Assembly: GCF_006345805.1 (NCBI RefSeq)
Contig: NC_043008.1
Location: 51,274,001-51,338,000 of the forward strand
DNA from: Octopus sinensis
Taxonomy: Eukaryota
Reading direction: 5' to 3'
DNA: 64,000 nt
A program made the translations under genes and the position numbers. Shown here piece after piece: positions 63,735 through 64,000 of this stretch; position 1 is the stretch's first letter, and every line of letters begins with the position of its first letter. Below the pieces are notes generated by a model that did no database searches, had not been told where the DNA came from, and was given only the letters and a program-made list of their open reading frames with translations.

Positions 63735-64000
63735 CTTTAGCAAAGGTGTGTAGCTTAGTGGTTAGGGTATTCAGCTTATGAGTTCAATTCCTGGCCTCGC
63801 ATTGTGTCCTTGAGCAAGACACTTTATTTCTCTTTGTTCTAGTCCATTCAGCTGACAACAATAAGTAGTACCTGTATTTCAAAGGGACAGCCTTGTTACA
63901 CTCTAAGTCACACCGAATCATCTCCCTGAGTACAACATTAAGGGTACACGTGTCTGTGGAGGGGTCAGCTACATACACATTAATTCTACAAGCAGGTTGT
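63735..64000 (+). mobile_element. Older SINE with tail type 1 (runs off the window end)
   Basis: Aligns with 29792-30114. Confidence 0.8.

Overview
Eukaryotic, AT-rich, repeat-saturated DNA. The tRNA-derived SINE families and the density of (TA)n/(CA)n/(CAT)n microsatellites look like an Octopus-type cephalopod genome (inference). No complete protein-coding gene can be supported. Nearly all supplied ORFs are translations of microsatellites or SINEs; the recognisable protein remnants are transposon-derived (mariner N-terminus, hAT C-terminus, an RTE LINE fragment, probable further mariner and CR1/L2 relics). Main contents: (1) bases 1-7124, an array of 11 full plus 1 partial near-identical ~610-bp units. 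On the minus strand each unit begins TG and is preceded by a polypurine tract, while the terminal unit starts at TG directly against a (TA)n run, so it reads like a tandem array of an LTR/TRIM element. (2) Fold-back, Penelope-like elements of at least two families carrying minimal hammerhead-ribozyme motifs on both strands (32.4-32.7, 47.6-48.3, 56.2-56.5 kb, plus a relic at 38.0 kb). (3) Dozens of SINEs from about four families, some in head-to-tail trains or spawning mini/microsatellites. (4) hAT, piggyBac, Helitron and Helentron-type non-autonomous elements, several with target-site duplications, including a nested insertion and a piggyBac dimer. (5) An 18-bp minisatellite with higher-order structure. 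A few weak candidate exons of an unidentified minus-strand host gene are noted. SINE and microsatellite boundaries are approximate unless a TSD is quoted.
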